Below are positions 1 to 17,395 of a DNA stretch of 64,000 bases, piece after piece (within the stretch, counting starts at the first letter, position 1; every line of letters begins with the position of its first letter). Below the pieces are notes generated by a model. It saw only the letters and a list, made by a program, of their open reading frames with translations, did no database searches and was not told the DNA's origin. The stretch lies in NCBI GenBank assembly GCA_043228905.1, contig JBHGNT010000013.1:6510001-6574000 (forward strand), in the 5' to 3' direction. The DNA is from Azolla caroliniana (lineage: Eukaryota; Plantae; Polypodiophyta). The position numbers and the translations under genes are program-made.

Positions 1-3000
1 GACAGAGCAATACATTTTTGGAGACGAGATCTCCAAGATATGGCACCTCCCATAAACTGAAAAATGTATCCTAAAGTGGATTTTCTGCTGTCAGAACAAC
101 CAGCATAATCAGAGTCTGTATATCCAATGATGGATACATTTCCACCACCTAAACATAGACACATATTCTTAGTGCCACGCGGATATCTTAATATCAGTTT
201 AACTGCCTCCTAATGTTTATTACCAGGATTTGACATAAATCTGCTCACAGCTCCCACTACGAAAGCAATGTCTGGCCTGGTCACTATCATGGCGTACATA
301 AGACTCCCAACTGCGGATTGATGACGAACCTTGGACATAAATTTATTGTCCTCATCAGATGTGGGGCAATCACATGTGCTCTGTTTTACATATGTAGGCA
401 AAGGAGTGCTCAACGGGTTTGCATTCTCCATATTAAACCTCTTGAGCACTTTCGATATGTACTCAACTTGAGACAAGTAAATACATCATCGCTTACTCCT
501 ATCACGAGTGATACGCATACCAAGAATATGTTTTGCATCTCCCAAATCCTTCATGTCAAAATTCTGGCCCAAGTTTTTCTTTAACGAGGATAACTCATCC
601 TTGTTTTTACCAACAATAAGCATGTCATCAACATATAATATCAATGTGATAAAACTCCCATTTGAACAGTTTTTTGTATAAAGACATGCATCCTCATTGC
701 TTCTAATATATCCTTGAGTTTTCATAAAAGCATCGAATTTCCGGTACCATAACCTCGGGGACTGCTTAAGCCCATACAAACTCTTCTTGAGTTTACATAC
801 CAAATGTTCTTTTCCCGATACTTCATGACCTTCTGGTTGTTCCATATAAATATCCTCATCAAGGTCCCCATGTAAGAAGGCAGTCTTCACATTCATTTGG
901 ACTAATTCCAAATTCTGATTTGCAGCCAATGAAAGTAACATACATAATGTAGTCATCTTAACTACAGGAGAGAAGGTTTCATCAAAATCAAATCCGTGTT
1001 CTTGCTTGAAACCTTTGGCAACCAAGCGTGCTTTGTACTTTGGGGAAACACTATCAGATGTATATTTGTACTTATATACCCACTTGCATGGCAATGCGTT
1101 CTTGTCCTTTGGCAAAGGCACTAAATCCCAAGTCCCATTCTTATGGATACTGTGCAACTCATTTTGCATGGCTTGTTTCCATTTAGCATGGTCATGAACA
1201 GATATGGCTTCATTGTAACATGAAGGCTCACCGACATCTGTTTCGGGTTTAGGGTTTAGGGTTTAGGATTACATAATCAACAAACTTACTAGGTGCCTTG
1301 GAGACACGCGTAGATCTCCTCAATGATTCTTGAACCTGAATACCATCAGGTTGTGCATGAGAAACATCATTCTGAGCATAATCATTCTGAGCATATTCTT
1401 GCTAAAAAACATAATTTTGCACATCATTGTGCTGAGCATCATCATTTTGGGCATCTTTATCCTGACCAATAACAATTTTTTGTGACTGCCCACATGTAGA
1501 AGCATCTACATCAGTAAGATTTTTCTGTTTTACATCAACAAAAGGCGTAATATCTTTAAATGCAACCTTTCTCACTTCTACCTCCTTTATGGATTGTTTA
1601 TGCATTTTGTTCTCATAAAAAACAACATCACTACTTTTGACCATAGTATGTGTGTCAAGATCCCATAAGCGATATCCAAACTGCCCATCAATTCCGTAAC
1701 CAAGGAATATACATTTTCTGCATTTATAATCTAATTTCTTTCTTAAAGTTTTTGGAATGTGTACATATGCTTCGTATCCAAAGACTCTAAGATGAGCATA
1801 ATGAGGTGTCTTGCATGTCCACAACTCTTGTGCCACTTTTAGACCTATGGCTGTGTTTGGTGATAGATTTATCACATGGACTGTTGTTAAAACAACTTCT
1901 GCCCAAAAACCTTGCGAGAGGTTTGCATGGTGTAGCATAGAGACAACTCTGTCCTGGATGGTTCTATTCATCCTCTTAGCCACACCATTTTGGACAGGAG
2001 TGTAAGGAGCTGTAAACTCTCTTTGAATGCCTCTAGACTTACAAAAGTCATCAAATTCGTGAGAGGTATACTCACCTCCATTGTCCGAACGTAAAGCCTT
2101 AAGCTTTATGTCCTTTTCTAGCTCAATCGAACTAAGCCATTTTCTGAAAGTGGGGTATACATCATCCTTTCCCTTAATTGGATAAGCCCAAACTTTCCTA
2201 GTGGCATCATCAATGAAAGTAACAAAATATAGTGCACCACCCAAAGATCTTGTGGGCATAGGTCCACAAACATCCGTTGGACAAGATCCAATGGTTTAGT
2301 GGATGAGTTAACGTTGGTCTTATGTGCACTTCTAGTTTTCTTACCATGTTGACAATGTTCACATAAAGCAAAATCAGAGAATGACAACTTAGGTAAGTAG
2401 CCATAACGAGATAGGATTTCCATGCCATTTCTTGACATGTGGCCTAAACGACCATGCCAAATGCTTGTCATTAGCTGGTCTGTAACAGCCAACAAGTGTT
2501 TTCTTTTATGAACAAATAGAGGGTAGAGGGAACCAACTTTGTTCCCTTTTGCAACAATCATATTTCCTTTCGTTATAAGAAAGGATTGAGAAGCAAATAT
2601 CACCTTATATCCGTTGTCATCAAGTTGACCAACGGAAATCAAACTACGAGTTAGTTGAGGAACATGGCGTACGTCTTTAATGGTGAGATGAGAACCATCA
2701 CTAAAATGCATTGAGATATCTCCAATGCCAATCACATCACACTGATGTAAGTCTCCAAGTCGAACTTTCCCAAGTGACTTGGCTTCATAACATGTGAACC
2801 ACTCTCTATGTGGAGTCACATGAAACGATGCACCGGAGTCCAACAACCACGTATGTGATGGGGAAAAGACCGTTTTCACCCCAACATGTGTGCTAACATC
2901 ATCTAAGACCAAGATGTCTGTCTCATCACATGTTGCATTTACTTCCTCTATTTCCACCGAGGAAGAGGGACCATTAGGTTGTCTACCATGCCCTCTAGCA

Positions 3001-4451
3001 TTATCTTTCTCCTTATTTTTTAGGGCATAACAATCTTTCCTAAGGTGTCCCTTTTTATGACAATAATGACACTCCATATTTTTCTTCCTAGATTTGCTTC
3101 TACCTCTATCATTTCCACTACTATTTCTTGTTTGGCTCCTACCACGGTGTTGGTTCTTGCGAGGACCAACATCAGAAACATTATATGCATCTCCATTATG
3201 TGATGCAATCATAGATTTTCTACGAATTTCCCATTTGGTGCACTAGCACTAATAGTGGTGCAAAAAGTGTCCCATGAGCTAGGTAGAGTGCATAACAAAA
3301 ATACACATTTAAGCTCATCATCCAAAATCATTTTCTAAGCTAGTAATTGTGACCATAATGCATCAAAATCATTCAAATGAGAGGCGACACTATCATTGTC
3401 CTTCATTCGAAGATCATAAAGTTTTCTCATTAGATAAACTTTGTTTGATTCGGTATCTTTTTCGTATGTATTGCATAGTTTAGTCCATAGCTTTTCAGCT
3501 GAGTCACAGTCCAAGACCGTGAAATACACGTTGTCAGCTAGGTGCAGTCTTATGGTAGACATTGCCAAGAGATCGAGCTTTTCCCAATCGTCCTTGGTCA
3601 TGACCTCAGGTCTCTTGGCTTCACCACTTAATGGCCTTAATTGCCTTCTTTGAATTAGGACATCTCTCATTTGATTCTTCCACAAGGCAAAGTTGGATCC
3701 GTCAAATTTACGGATCTCAAGGTGGTCTTTTCCACTCATAGAGTGATTTCTATGGGAATTAAAGGAACCACCGCGTGAGGTACTTGAAACCTTGGACATT
3801 TCAGAGGCCATTTGGGTGGTAGGTAAACTTAGTCAATTCCAAATCTAAGCACTTAATGATAGTTGAGACACTACTCACTACCTGGTCTCAGGTACAACTA
3901 TCACCGTGTTCTAGGGTAGGCATGTGTGTTCGACTGAGAACAACACCTCACTCTTATATTAACCAAGGCAGAAGAAATGTAACTAAGAAGTAACTTCAAC
4001 GTCACAATCTCACATCAAGTGAGCAAGCATTGAAAAACCAAATGCAAGTTTTTTTTTTTTTTTTCACGTGTAAATCCTCTCACCAAAGGTCTATTTTCCC
4101 CCAAAAATTGGCACAAAGAAAATGTTCATACAGAAACATGTACTAGATATTACCTCTGTCGAGTTCTTGAAAAATAGCATTCGCAAAGGGATAAAAAACA
4201 GAGAAGTCGGATGCTTTCTGCCACACACAGTCTTCACGAAGTCCTGCACTCTGATACCACTGTTGGAGAGGAACGATGGAGGCGGACGAGTTGTTGTTTT
4301 ACCTGCAGAAAAATGCTGAACAACACACACACACACAAAGAAAAATACAAAAAACAACTTTTTGGGGGCACACAGAAACCCTCGTTTCTATTACTTTTAT
4401 ACCTATGCACTAATAGTAAGAAATTACGTTTTTGGCCTTTTCTCACTATCA
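1..4451 (-). mobile_element. Degenerate Ty1/copia LTR retrotransposon (Tork/Tnt1-like), 3' end beyond the left window edge
   Basis: Minus-strand ORF fragments lie in copia order: gag (KFDGSNFALWK, 3335-3811), zinc knuckle CHYCHKKGHLRKDC and protease WLLDSGASFH (2118-3212), integrase (FIDDATRKVW, LRSDNGGEY, 1402-2259), RT (YKARLVAKG, LYVDDML, 486-1169) and RNase H. The iMet PBS TGGTATCAGAG is at 4249-4259. The 5' LTR starts TG at 4261; its far end (~4451, TATCA) is approximate. Several frameshifts and stops. Confidence 0.93.
1241..1267 (+). repeat. Interstitial plant telomeric repeat (TTTAGGG)n, about 4 units
   Basis: tttcggg tttaggg tttaggg tttagg, interrupting the copia integrase-RT linker. 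Confidence 0.9.
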
Positions 4452-5924
4452 TATCGGGATCACAAGGAGCTGGAGAAGGAATACGATTGGCAACGCAAGA
4501 AACTAAAGGAGGCACGAGTAGAAATAAAGGAGAAAACGGAAGCCCTGACGGTGTAGGAAAGGGTCTTTGAAGAGACGACTGTGAAGCTAAGATAGGACGT
4601 GGCAAAGGACAGGTTAGAGATGTTGAATGAATAGAATCGGATAATAGAATAGAAGGATCGAAAGTAGTGCTGGATAAAGTGCAAACGACCTATCAAACCC
4701 AAGCGATGAATTATGAGGTCCAAGCGATAGCCGCAACAAAGCTGATTAAGTAACTAAAGCAAGAGAAATAGGCCACAGAAGAAAGAGTGGAGATGGGGAT
4801 CAAAGGAATCAGGATTGTTGTCGGAGGTTGGCGAGAACGAATGAGACAAAGAATGGAGGAAAAAGAGAGTGAGAGCCACATACTTCTATTAGTTGTTGAC
4901 TCTTTTCTAATAATCCGAGTCTAGAGAAGCGTGTCCTTAAAAGATAAGGATAGAAATAGTGCCTTCAAAAAAAAAATGTAAGGATACATATAGAATAATA
5001 ATAGATGTGCTCGAAAAGGGGGGTGAATAGTTTTGGGAGTGCGCTCTAATAGTTCTCTCTCCAAAAAGTTTCTCCTTCTAACATTCAATTTATAGAATAA
5101 TCATTTTTCAAAATAGAGAAAGGAAGGTGAGAATTGTATGGTCGAATAACTTTTGAAAAGGGGTTGCTTGATCTAGACAAAGCCTAGTTTTGATTTTATG
5201 ACAAAGGGGATCATTTCACGATGTTGAATGTGAATGGTTTTACATAATAGACTAAGGGGTTGTACAAGATATATGCAAATAAAGAAACAGAAATCACCGT
5301 TTCTTGTGATGACAAGCATAGCGCTATGATGATGATGAGAGGCCAATGCATGTGAATAGATTATGACGTTAGTAATATTTTCGATATCATGTTCAATGAT
5401 GATATTGTTCGGATAATGGTTAATGGTGCCCAAGATTGGATGATCTCATGGGGCACAAGCATAGGTGGTTGTTGCTTCCATGCCACTAGCATAATGAAGA
5501 TCATGAGGATTTAAGACATGCTTGCTTGGCATTGAAACTATAGCTTGTTAAGATTGCTCATTGAAACTATTAAGTGGATTAAAATACAAAGCCATATAGT
5601 TATCCAAGAGGTCCATTATAATGAATAGTGCATGAATTAGGGCATAATCATGACGGAGGGCAAGTAAAGTACATATTAACAAGGAGCTTAGGACACCATC
5701 CACCAAGTTAGTAAGAAAAGAACAAGAAGGAAGGGAAGAATGATGTGTATACATGGTAAATGATTATGGATGGGTTCAACACTATTATGGTTAAAGATGA
5801 TGTGAAAGCATGAAGAGATAGATAGATGACCATATGTATGTATGTTAGGGGGTTTACTTTGTTTGCATAATATGTACATACATACATATTAGAAGTAGAA
5901 ATACTAATGAATGTTATAAGTACA

Positions 5925-5931
5925 TATGTAC

Positions 5932-5962
<31 letters not shown>

Positions 5963-6021
5963 TGTATTCTTTTAGATTCCATACATACATATTACATACA
6001 TACAGACATAGTTATAAGTAC

Positions 6022-6052
<31 letters not shown>

Positions 6053-6125
6053 TTCTTTTAGATTCCATTACATACATATTATATACATACAGACAGACCT
6101 GAGACAAGACAAGACAAGACAAGAG
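5925..6125. repeat. Microsatellite cluster (TATG)n and (GACAA)n upstream of UMPS
   Basis: Directly visible simple repeats, plus a duplicated ~100-bp block starting gttataagtacatatg. Confidence 0.85.
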
Positions 6126-6252
6126 AGAGCAGAGCCTCTGCATCTTCCCTCTGTCTCTGTCACTGTCTCTGTCTCTGCTACCACATAAAGAAGGAGGTTC
6201 TTCTGTCAGGTGCCGTGTAGAGAGAAGAAGTATAGTGGTGCGTGTGTGGGCG

Positions 6253-10158
<3,906 letters not shown>

Positions 10159-12102
10159 CAAACTCTGAACTGTTCCTCTACTTTTTTTTATGCATCTCCC
10201 TATGAGAATTGAAATTTTCATTCGGATGAACTGTGTTCAATTATGCCGTCATGAGTTAAAACAATTTTCAGCAAGAACTCTGAGAGCAGACATTGTCATT
10301 GATGCTTGTAAAGCAAAATACATGTCAATTTTCTCTCAAATAGAAATCCTATAGCACAAACATCACCACATCTCTATTAGTTTTTTTGTAATGATATGTT
10401 CATTTCATCATTCCTTTTTCGTTGAGTACATTCTTTTTGCTTGAAATAGGCATTCAAGAACAGGAATATCACATTTTTCTATATTAGTGTTTTACAATGC
10501 CATATTCGCTTAATCATTCCTTTTGTCTCTGTTAAATATTGCTTTAATCCAAAGGGCTGCATGTAAATAAATGGAATAAGTAAACTTATGACAAGGTAAC
10601 AATATAATAAGTATGATTGCCAGAGTAAACAGTAAACCCCATGTAAACGAATGGGACAATAAGTAATAATAGTAGTTATCAGAATGCTGACAAGTGAAAA
10701 TGGCAGTATATACGGTAAACCTGAAATTGACAATGAAGTACTCACAAGCATTTCTTTATCTTTATCCTCCTGTACATAAATGACAATTATTGTTGTGATG
10801 TGTTGATATTAAATCAATGGTATGGCTTTAGGCTCTATTATGATCAAATTAACTCATTTAATTAGGTCATACTTTGATGATTGTAAGTGTTAACTTTGAG
10901 GGTTAATTAAAAAGGGCATTCTGGTAATTTCTAAAATCTTGGCTTAATTTTATTGTTTTTGTTGCCTGTATAAAAATCCCCATCATGTTTGTGAAGAATG
11001 GTTATTTGTTGTAACGTTCCAACTTCTGTTACTAGAAAACGACTCTTACTACATTACATGTCATGAAATCTGTCAGAGTGAGGAAACACTCACAATTATC
11101 AACAAATTTGCTATCATATGATGTGTGGACAAGGGACATTTGCAACAGCTGTTGCCTATCCTTGCCAAAACATATTTTATATGAGAGGAAAAGTTTAGGT
11201 TTTTCTGCTTGTTTCAAAGTAATTAAGATTGTTTTCTCAAGTCGGAAAAGTTTTGATATTTGTGATTCTAAATACAAGTTGCATAAAATTTCGCTTTCAT
11301 TTGTGTATGCACTACACTTGGAAGGCATTTTAATACAATAGGAATTAAGCATACCATATAGTTGTACACACTAAACTTACGTGTTTCAGAATCAACTTTT
11401 GGAGTTTTTGTATTGATTAGAAATAAAAGATAACGAGATTTCAACTCTAGGCTTTATTAAGATTACTTTAATATATAGGGATTTAACGATATATGTAGTT
11501 ATTTAAGAAAATGGCATTGGCTTAAAGACATCTTAAAATCTAGTTTGATCTTCGAGGATGGAAAACCAAATAAATATAACCGAGTAAAACCGTGTAAGAT
11601 ACCAAATATTCTCATTATCCAAGCACTTCATATTTTTGACCTTAGATGAACTGATATTCAGGTTATATAATTGGCATATTCGTTCTTTGATACATTTGTA
11701 CACATCTATATGCCTAAATCCTTAATTGGTGTAAAGAGGTACACATAAATGCCCTCGCACCACAAGAGCACGAGTCAGATAAGAGCCTTATAGTGGGAGT
11801 CATCTTCCTACCAAGAGGCATGGTGGGGCTTTCGTCAATTCAGGCCACTTATATTTTTTTCCAGTTAGTTCATGTTTGTGGACAATCCATGGAACAGAAA
11901 TAGTGAATCTATTTTTTTCCCATGGCAAGAATCAAACAAGTGTGATCCTTGCCATGGCCATGGGCTAGGTCCCATCTCATAGATTGCAATTGATTTATTG
12001 TGGACATTAAAAAGAGATAATTATCTATCCCATCTCAGCTTGAACCGAAGAAATTATACTAGATTGATAAGAACCTTGGTGCTCCAAACAAAGATACAAA
12101 TT

Positions 12103-12159
<57 letters not shown>

Positions 12160-12396
12160 TATGTGCAACAAGCAATAAGATACTCTTGGAACAAAACACA
12201 AGTTTGTTTCATCTTTCCTTAAGTGGAACTTTGGAACAAATAAGATACACAAATGAGGATAGAACGATCTGGCACAGTGAAAAATGAAATTATGAATAAG
12301 TGTACAGCGATGAATGAAAAATGAAATAAAATAACCGAGATAAGCCAGTCGGCACAAAACACTTTACGAAACCCGTGTTCATCAGGTAAAAGAAAC

Positions 12397-14568
12397 TCAA
12401 ATGAGTATGGAAAATGAGTCTGCAACTATCCTCAACTTGTCTTTGAGTTTTCCCCATCGCCGCTCATTTGCGCCGGTTGTTAGGGTGTAGAATTTGCCTA
12501 TATAAGAAATAAGCATTTCAATAAATTCTCAATACAATTGTAAAACAATGTGTTTTTTAAACAAAACTGAAAAATCACTTTCTTTATTAACCATAAAGAA
12601 ATGGAAATCTAGGAATAAACATCATTTAAAAGATACTGAAGTAGGTAGTGAAAATCTTTCTTGATGGACCACTTTGGATCTTGATTAATTATTCTTTATG
12701 AACTTTTGAAAAAGAAAAGGAAAAAAATTCAATTCCTTTTTCATTTTTGAGATAAATATGCAAATCTGACAGGATCCTGTTTCAAATCACAACACGAATG
12801 TAGTCATTGAGGATTCCGATAGAAATAAACCATACCATCATAAACAGTCACTGTGCTTAGTGCATGGCGCGTGTAGTTTGATGCTTGGGAAGTGAACTCA
12901 AACGTATAATATGTTATTCCATCAGCAATTCTCTGGAGGAGAAAAACAAGAAAGAGGGTTCACGCTAAGAAACTCAGAAAGAAAGAAAACATGGAAACTG
13001 TCTGATGCAGAAGACAGAAAGAGCTTACCTCCTTCGCTTCAATCAGCTCAGCTTTCTGTGTAGGAGATGTCAACACTTTCCCAACAAGAATTTTTGCGAC
13101 CTAAACAACAAAAACACACGGTTATATTTCCACTTGCCTTATTGGTTGGTATCATTCCCTGATTTACCAAAAGCAATCTTTCTACACACACACACACACA
13201 ATCTATATAGATGTGTACATAAACATACATGAACATACTTACAGTACTGTACGCATATACGTGTATATGTATCATTGTGATAGAACCATACCTCCTCAGG
13301 ATTTCCAAATTCCTTGATGTCAGTTTTATTTGTCTCGATGATGTTGATAGAGACGCTCTCAAGCGGTTCAATTACATCCTTGTAAACACAATCTTGTCCT
13401 TTCACAGACACTTCCTGCAAACCAACCGCACATTTCTATAGCTTGTTAGAAGCACACAAAGGCAAAGTGAAAACATAACTATAAAATAACTTTATTTGCA
13501 CACACCTGCCAGCCAAATGGATAGAGGAACTGATATTTGTCGAAATTGTCCAAAACAGCTTGATACCCACTAGGTGCTTCTGCAGCCATTGAGGCAAAGC
13601 CACATCACGACTGCATGGAAGCAATGTTACTATAAGCTAAAGAAAAAGAGCAATGATGGCCTAATGGGTTGGGTATATCTTCAAAGGTCTGATCATAGTT
13701 AACGAAAATTCCTACATACACATTTGCCAGCTCCTTCCAAAGGAAACTGATCCGTATCAGACACGTCTATTCTGAAGTCTAGATAATCCACATCTATTCA
13801 GATAATCCAATCGAAAGTAATCCAATGCCAAAGTCAAGGATACCTATTCATAATTCTATAGATGTCTAGATAATCCACATCTCGGAGGATGTACACCTGA
13901 TAAAGTACATACACACATACACTGGGATGTGTATACACAGATAGCTAATGGGAGGACAAATAAACCCCATATGTCCTGGAGAAATTACACACACTTCAGA
14001 GCTGAACAAAACAGCTATATAATCAATATCTTGATGATTGCTTATAATTCATTGGTTACGTGTCCTACATACTCAACAATATGTAGATCAAGTGAGTAAA
14101 TATGTTTAAATGCATACGTACATACTTCAAAGGAATTTTGTCGCTATACAGAGATGGGTGACTAATCCACATCCTATCTTGTCTAACAAAAAGAAACACA
14201 TGCTTTCTCGCCTGCTTGTAATCAATGACCACATAAAGATAGAGCTGTATTTTGGTACTTACTTGCAGCATAAGCGTCTTGGCTCTTGAGCAAAAGAGAA
14301 GCTATTGAGAAAGTTCCAATTCCAATGAAGATTTCTCGGCGGCTTCCCTTAACCACTGCATCTACCCAGGAAAGAATCAAAAGGATAAAAAGAAGCTCAA
14401 ATTTTATAGTAAATAAACATGAACAAGAGGTTTGAAAAGAGATTAAACGAACAGGAAACAAATTAAAAGTTTTACCGGATTCTGTCTGGTTTATGGATGA
14501 TCTGACCTTAAATGTAGCAGGTCTCCTTCCTGATATCTGCGACAGGAAATTTCCAAACCATATTAAAG

Positions 14569-14604
<36 letters not shown>

Positions 14605-15021
14605 TATATATATATATATTCAGTCAAAATAGTAGAAGGATATCAAGAATATAAAACCACATCCATATGCATGCGTACATCCGCACTGTCCATCCACATT
14701 TCCACATTCACATCCGTATGACATCCACAAATCCACAATACACATAGACATAGACATCCGCATCCACATCTACATAATACCTCTCTCCACTCTTAAAATC
14801 AGTCTCACATACACATACCAACATATACACATCTCCATACCCACATATACATCCACACCCACTGTCTATCTGTTTTCTCTCCATCTTCATTCTCTCTCTC
14901 TCTCTCTCTCTGCCTCTGATACCTCAAGGGCAGACGTGGATGATGGAGCAAAAGGAGCATTCATGTCCAAAGCAGAAGAAGAGGTTGAGGATAAGAAGGT
15001 TCTCTGCAGACTCATAGCCAT
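12397..15021 (-). CDS. PPL1: PsbP-like protein 1, chloroplast thylakoid lumen, 8 exons, about 241 aa
   Basis: Exons 15021-14923, 14536-14476, 14361-14263, 13579-13506, 13414-13292, 13100-13029, 12932-12836 and 12497-12397 are GT-AG and total 726 nt. Ser-rich transit peptide, then a Tat signal SRRE-hydrophobic-AYA. Mature-domain motifs FLYPFGWQEV, VYKDVIEPLESVS, YTRHAL and FYTLTTGANERRW are typical of the PPL1 subfamily. Confidence 0.93.
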
Positions 15022-16155
15022 GGCTGCGATGATGATGGTGAGGAGAAAGCAGAAAAATGGCTTTTTATCTTTTCTGGTTTGTGTGTGTCTTCTTATCCAT
15101 CCATAGGCTAGGCTAGGCTACAAAAGTCTAGACTCTACACACACACACACACACACATTATTTTATATACATGTATGTATAGAAGAGCATATAGCCTATG
15201 AGCTCTATCTAGAGATTATATTGATATGTGGTTAGTGATCTGAGTTAATATCGAATCACTCTTTGATCTTGCTTAATAGTCTATTCTATAACACGTTATC
15301 AACACGATTATCCTCTACCATAACAATTAATTATTCTCTTATACAAATCGACCTTATTGTTACCATAATGCTTATTCCTGTCACTTGCATTCGATGGGTC
15401 CAATTATACGACTTGGATGGTTCATGTTGAAGACCATCTCACAACGAAATATCTCCTTTATATGGTAAGTGATCATTTTAATGATGTTGAGAACTCAAAA
15501 TGCTAGGAAGAAGGGAGTGGAAGCGTTCTTCTGAATCATCATTCATCGCCTTGAGCTAAGCCTTCAAAATCAATACTTCTGCATCAAGAATCCATCAACT
15601 CTCTAGATGCAACTGAAAGCCCATTTTGATCATCAACAAACAGTTCTCGGCCCCAACACTTTGCATGAATGGAATCAACTTTGTTTTCAAGATTTCAAGA
15701 CAGTTGCTTAATATAATTCCTCACTATTTGGTATTGTTTCTAAACTTAAAATTTGTGGTCATGACAACCTTGTTCAAGGGGTGAATCTAATCAACAAAAC
15801 GTTAACTACTTTTTATCCCTCAAACTTTAACCTTTCTGAACAATATTGTAATCGTGATTTTAAAACCTATGCTGAACTTTTATCTACACTTATTGTCGCT
15901 GAGCAACACCACCAAGTTCTCCTAAAGAACGACAAACTTCATCCAGTTAGTCAACCTGTGGCTCCTCTACAATTCAAGGATTTGATGCATGTCGAGAGTA
16001 ATTATTCTAGACGACAACATTGTCGTCATCACCCATATGCACAGAGTCGAGGAAGAGGAAGAGCAAGAAGAAATCAACAAAGGAATCAATATCCACACAA
16101 GTAATGAAGTCAAGCCAATGCATCATCAATCAAAGTCAAGTCAAGATTAGCCTTC

Positions 16156-16445
16156 TGATGGTGACGACGTTCGATATGTATGCAGAAGTATGTGAGGACC
16201 TGTAGGTTATGTGCACAACAAACAACACAGGGAATATGACAGAAGAAATAGATGGAAACGTAGACACAATTTGAAGCTCTAATGGAAGCTCTCGTTATTA
16301 TTTAACTCTTACACTCTCAGAGACTCAAGATACAAGAAGATCATCGTTACAATGTTAGCCTTGACCTTATATACTCAAACCCTAGCTCAAGGACGTGTTC
16401 ACACTTAGGATACAAAGTGGATGGAGTCGGCCTTTTATGCCAACA
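16156..16445. mobile_element. Solo LTR (copia; same family as the LTR at 40512-40811) inserted in the Bianca-like gag
   Basis: TG...CA ends and a perfect 5-bp TSD CCTTC (16151-16155 / 16446-16450). The terminus ggagtcggccttttatgccaaca is identical to the one ending at 40811. Confidence 0.88.
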
Positions 16446-16943
16446 CCTTCATCGAATACATGTCTTCCATGTGGTTTATGAGGGCACTAGGCAATTACTT
16501 GCCGAACTTCTAAGTTTCATGTTGATCTTTACCAGAAGTATGGCAAGCAAGGTCAAGATAAGAAATCGGAGGCTAATATGGTAGCAGAAACATCAACGAT
16601 CTCCCCATCAATTCCAATCTTGGAATATAGTTTTATGGATCAACTTTGGAATTCGAGCCCGAAGCTCAAATGATTGATTTGCATACAAGCCATTTTCTTT
16701 GTCTTATTGATTGCGCCTCAACACACACTATTCTATGTCATAAAGAATTCTTTCATCATATTAAAGATCAAGCCCCTTTCGAAATCAAGACTATAGTTGG
16801 TTCTTGTATTGGACAAGGAAGAGGCCCCACCACTATCCAACTTCCAAGTGGTGTTTTCTTGGAAATACATGATGCTATCTATGCGCCTACTTCGCTAAGA
16901 AAACTTCTTGCATATGCAGAGGTGCGACACACAGATACCAACT

Positions 16944-17395
16944 CATGACATGGGAACAAGATGGAAAGAGACAATGCGAGTTGTCAATCACCTGTCAAAT
17001 ACTACCCAAGTTATTGATGAGTTAGAAGTCTTACCAAATCAATTGTATTGTTTCAACCTTAAAGCCTCGGAGATTTGCATGGCTTCATTTGCGCACTACT
17101 CCAATACTTTCTCGAAGGTCAATATTACCGATATAATGGATCCCTGGCATGATCAACTAGGTACCACCTCATGGCATGGGAACAAGATGGAAAGAGACAA
17201 TGCAAGTTGTCAAGCACCTGTCAAAAACTACCCAAGTTATTGATGAGTTAGAAGTCTTACCAAATCAATTGTATTGTTTCAACCTTAAAGCCCCGGAAAT
17301 CCGCATGGCTTCATTTGCCCACTACTCCAATATTTGCTCGAAGGTCAATATTACCGATATAATGGATCTCTGGCCTGATTGACTAGGTCATCCTA
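16944..17395 (+). repeat. Tandem duplication, 226-bp period, inside the Bianca-like pol
   Basis: atgggaacaagatggaaagagacaatgc occurs at 16950 and 17176; the duplicated peptides are visible in the ORF track. Confidence 0.9.

Noticed and set aside
5000-5850. Possible degraded LTR (aaggggggtgaatag and gacaaagggga motifs)
   Set aside because: No termini, TSD, partner LTR or coding remnant could be established.
10200-12360. Short ORFs between UMPS and PPL1
   Set aside because: They are AT-rich intergenic or (CA)n-derived, with no motifs or consistent splice structure.
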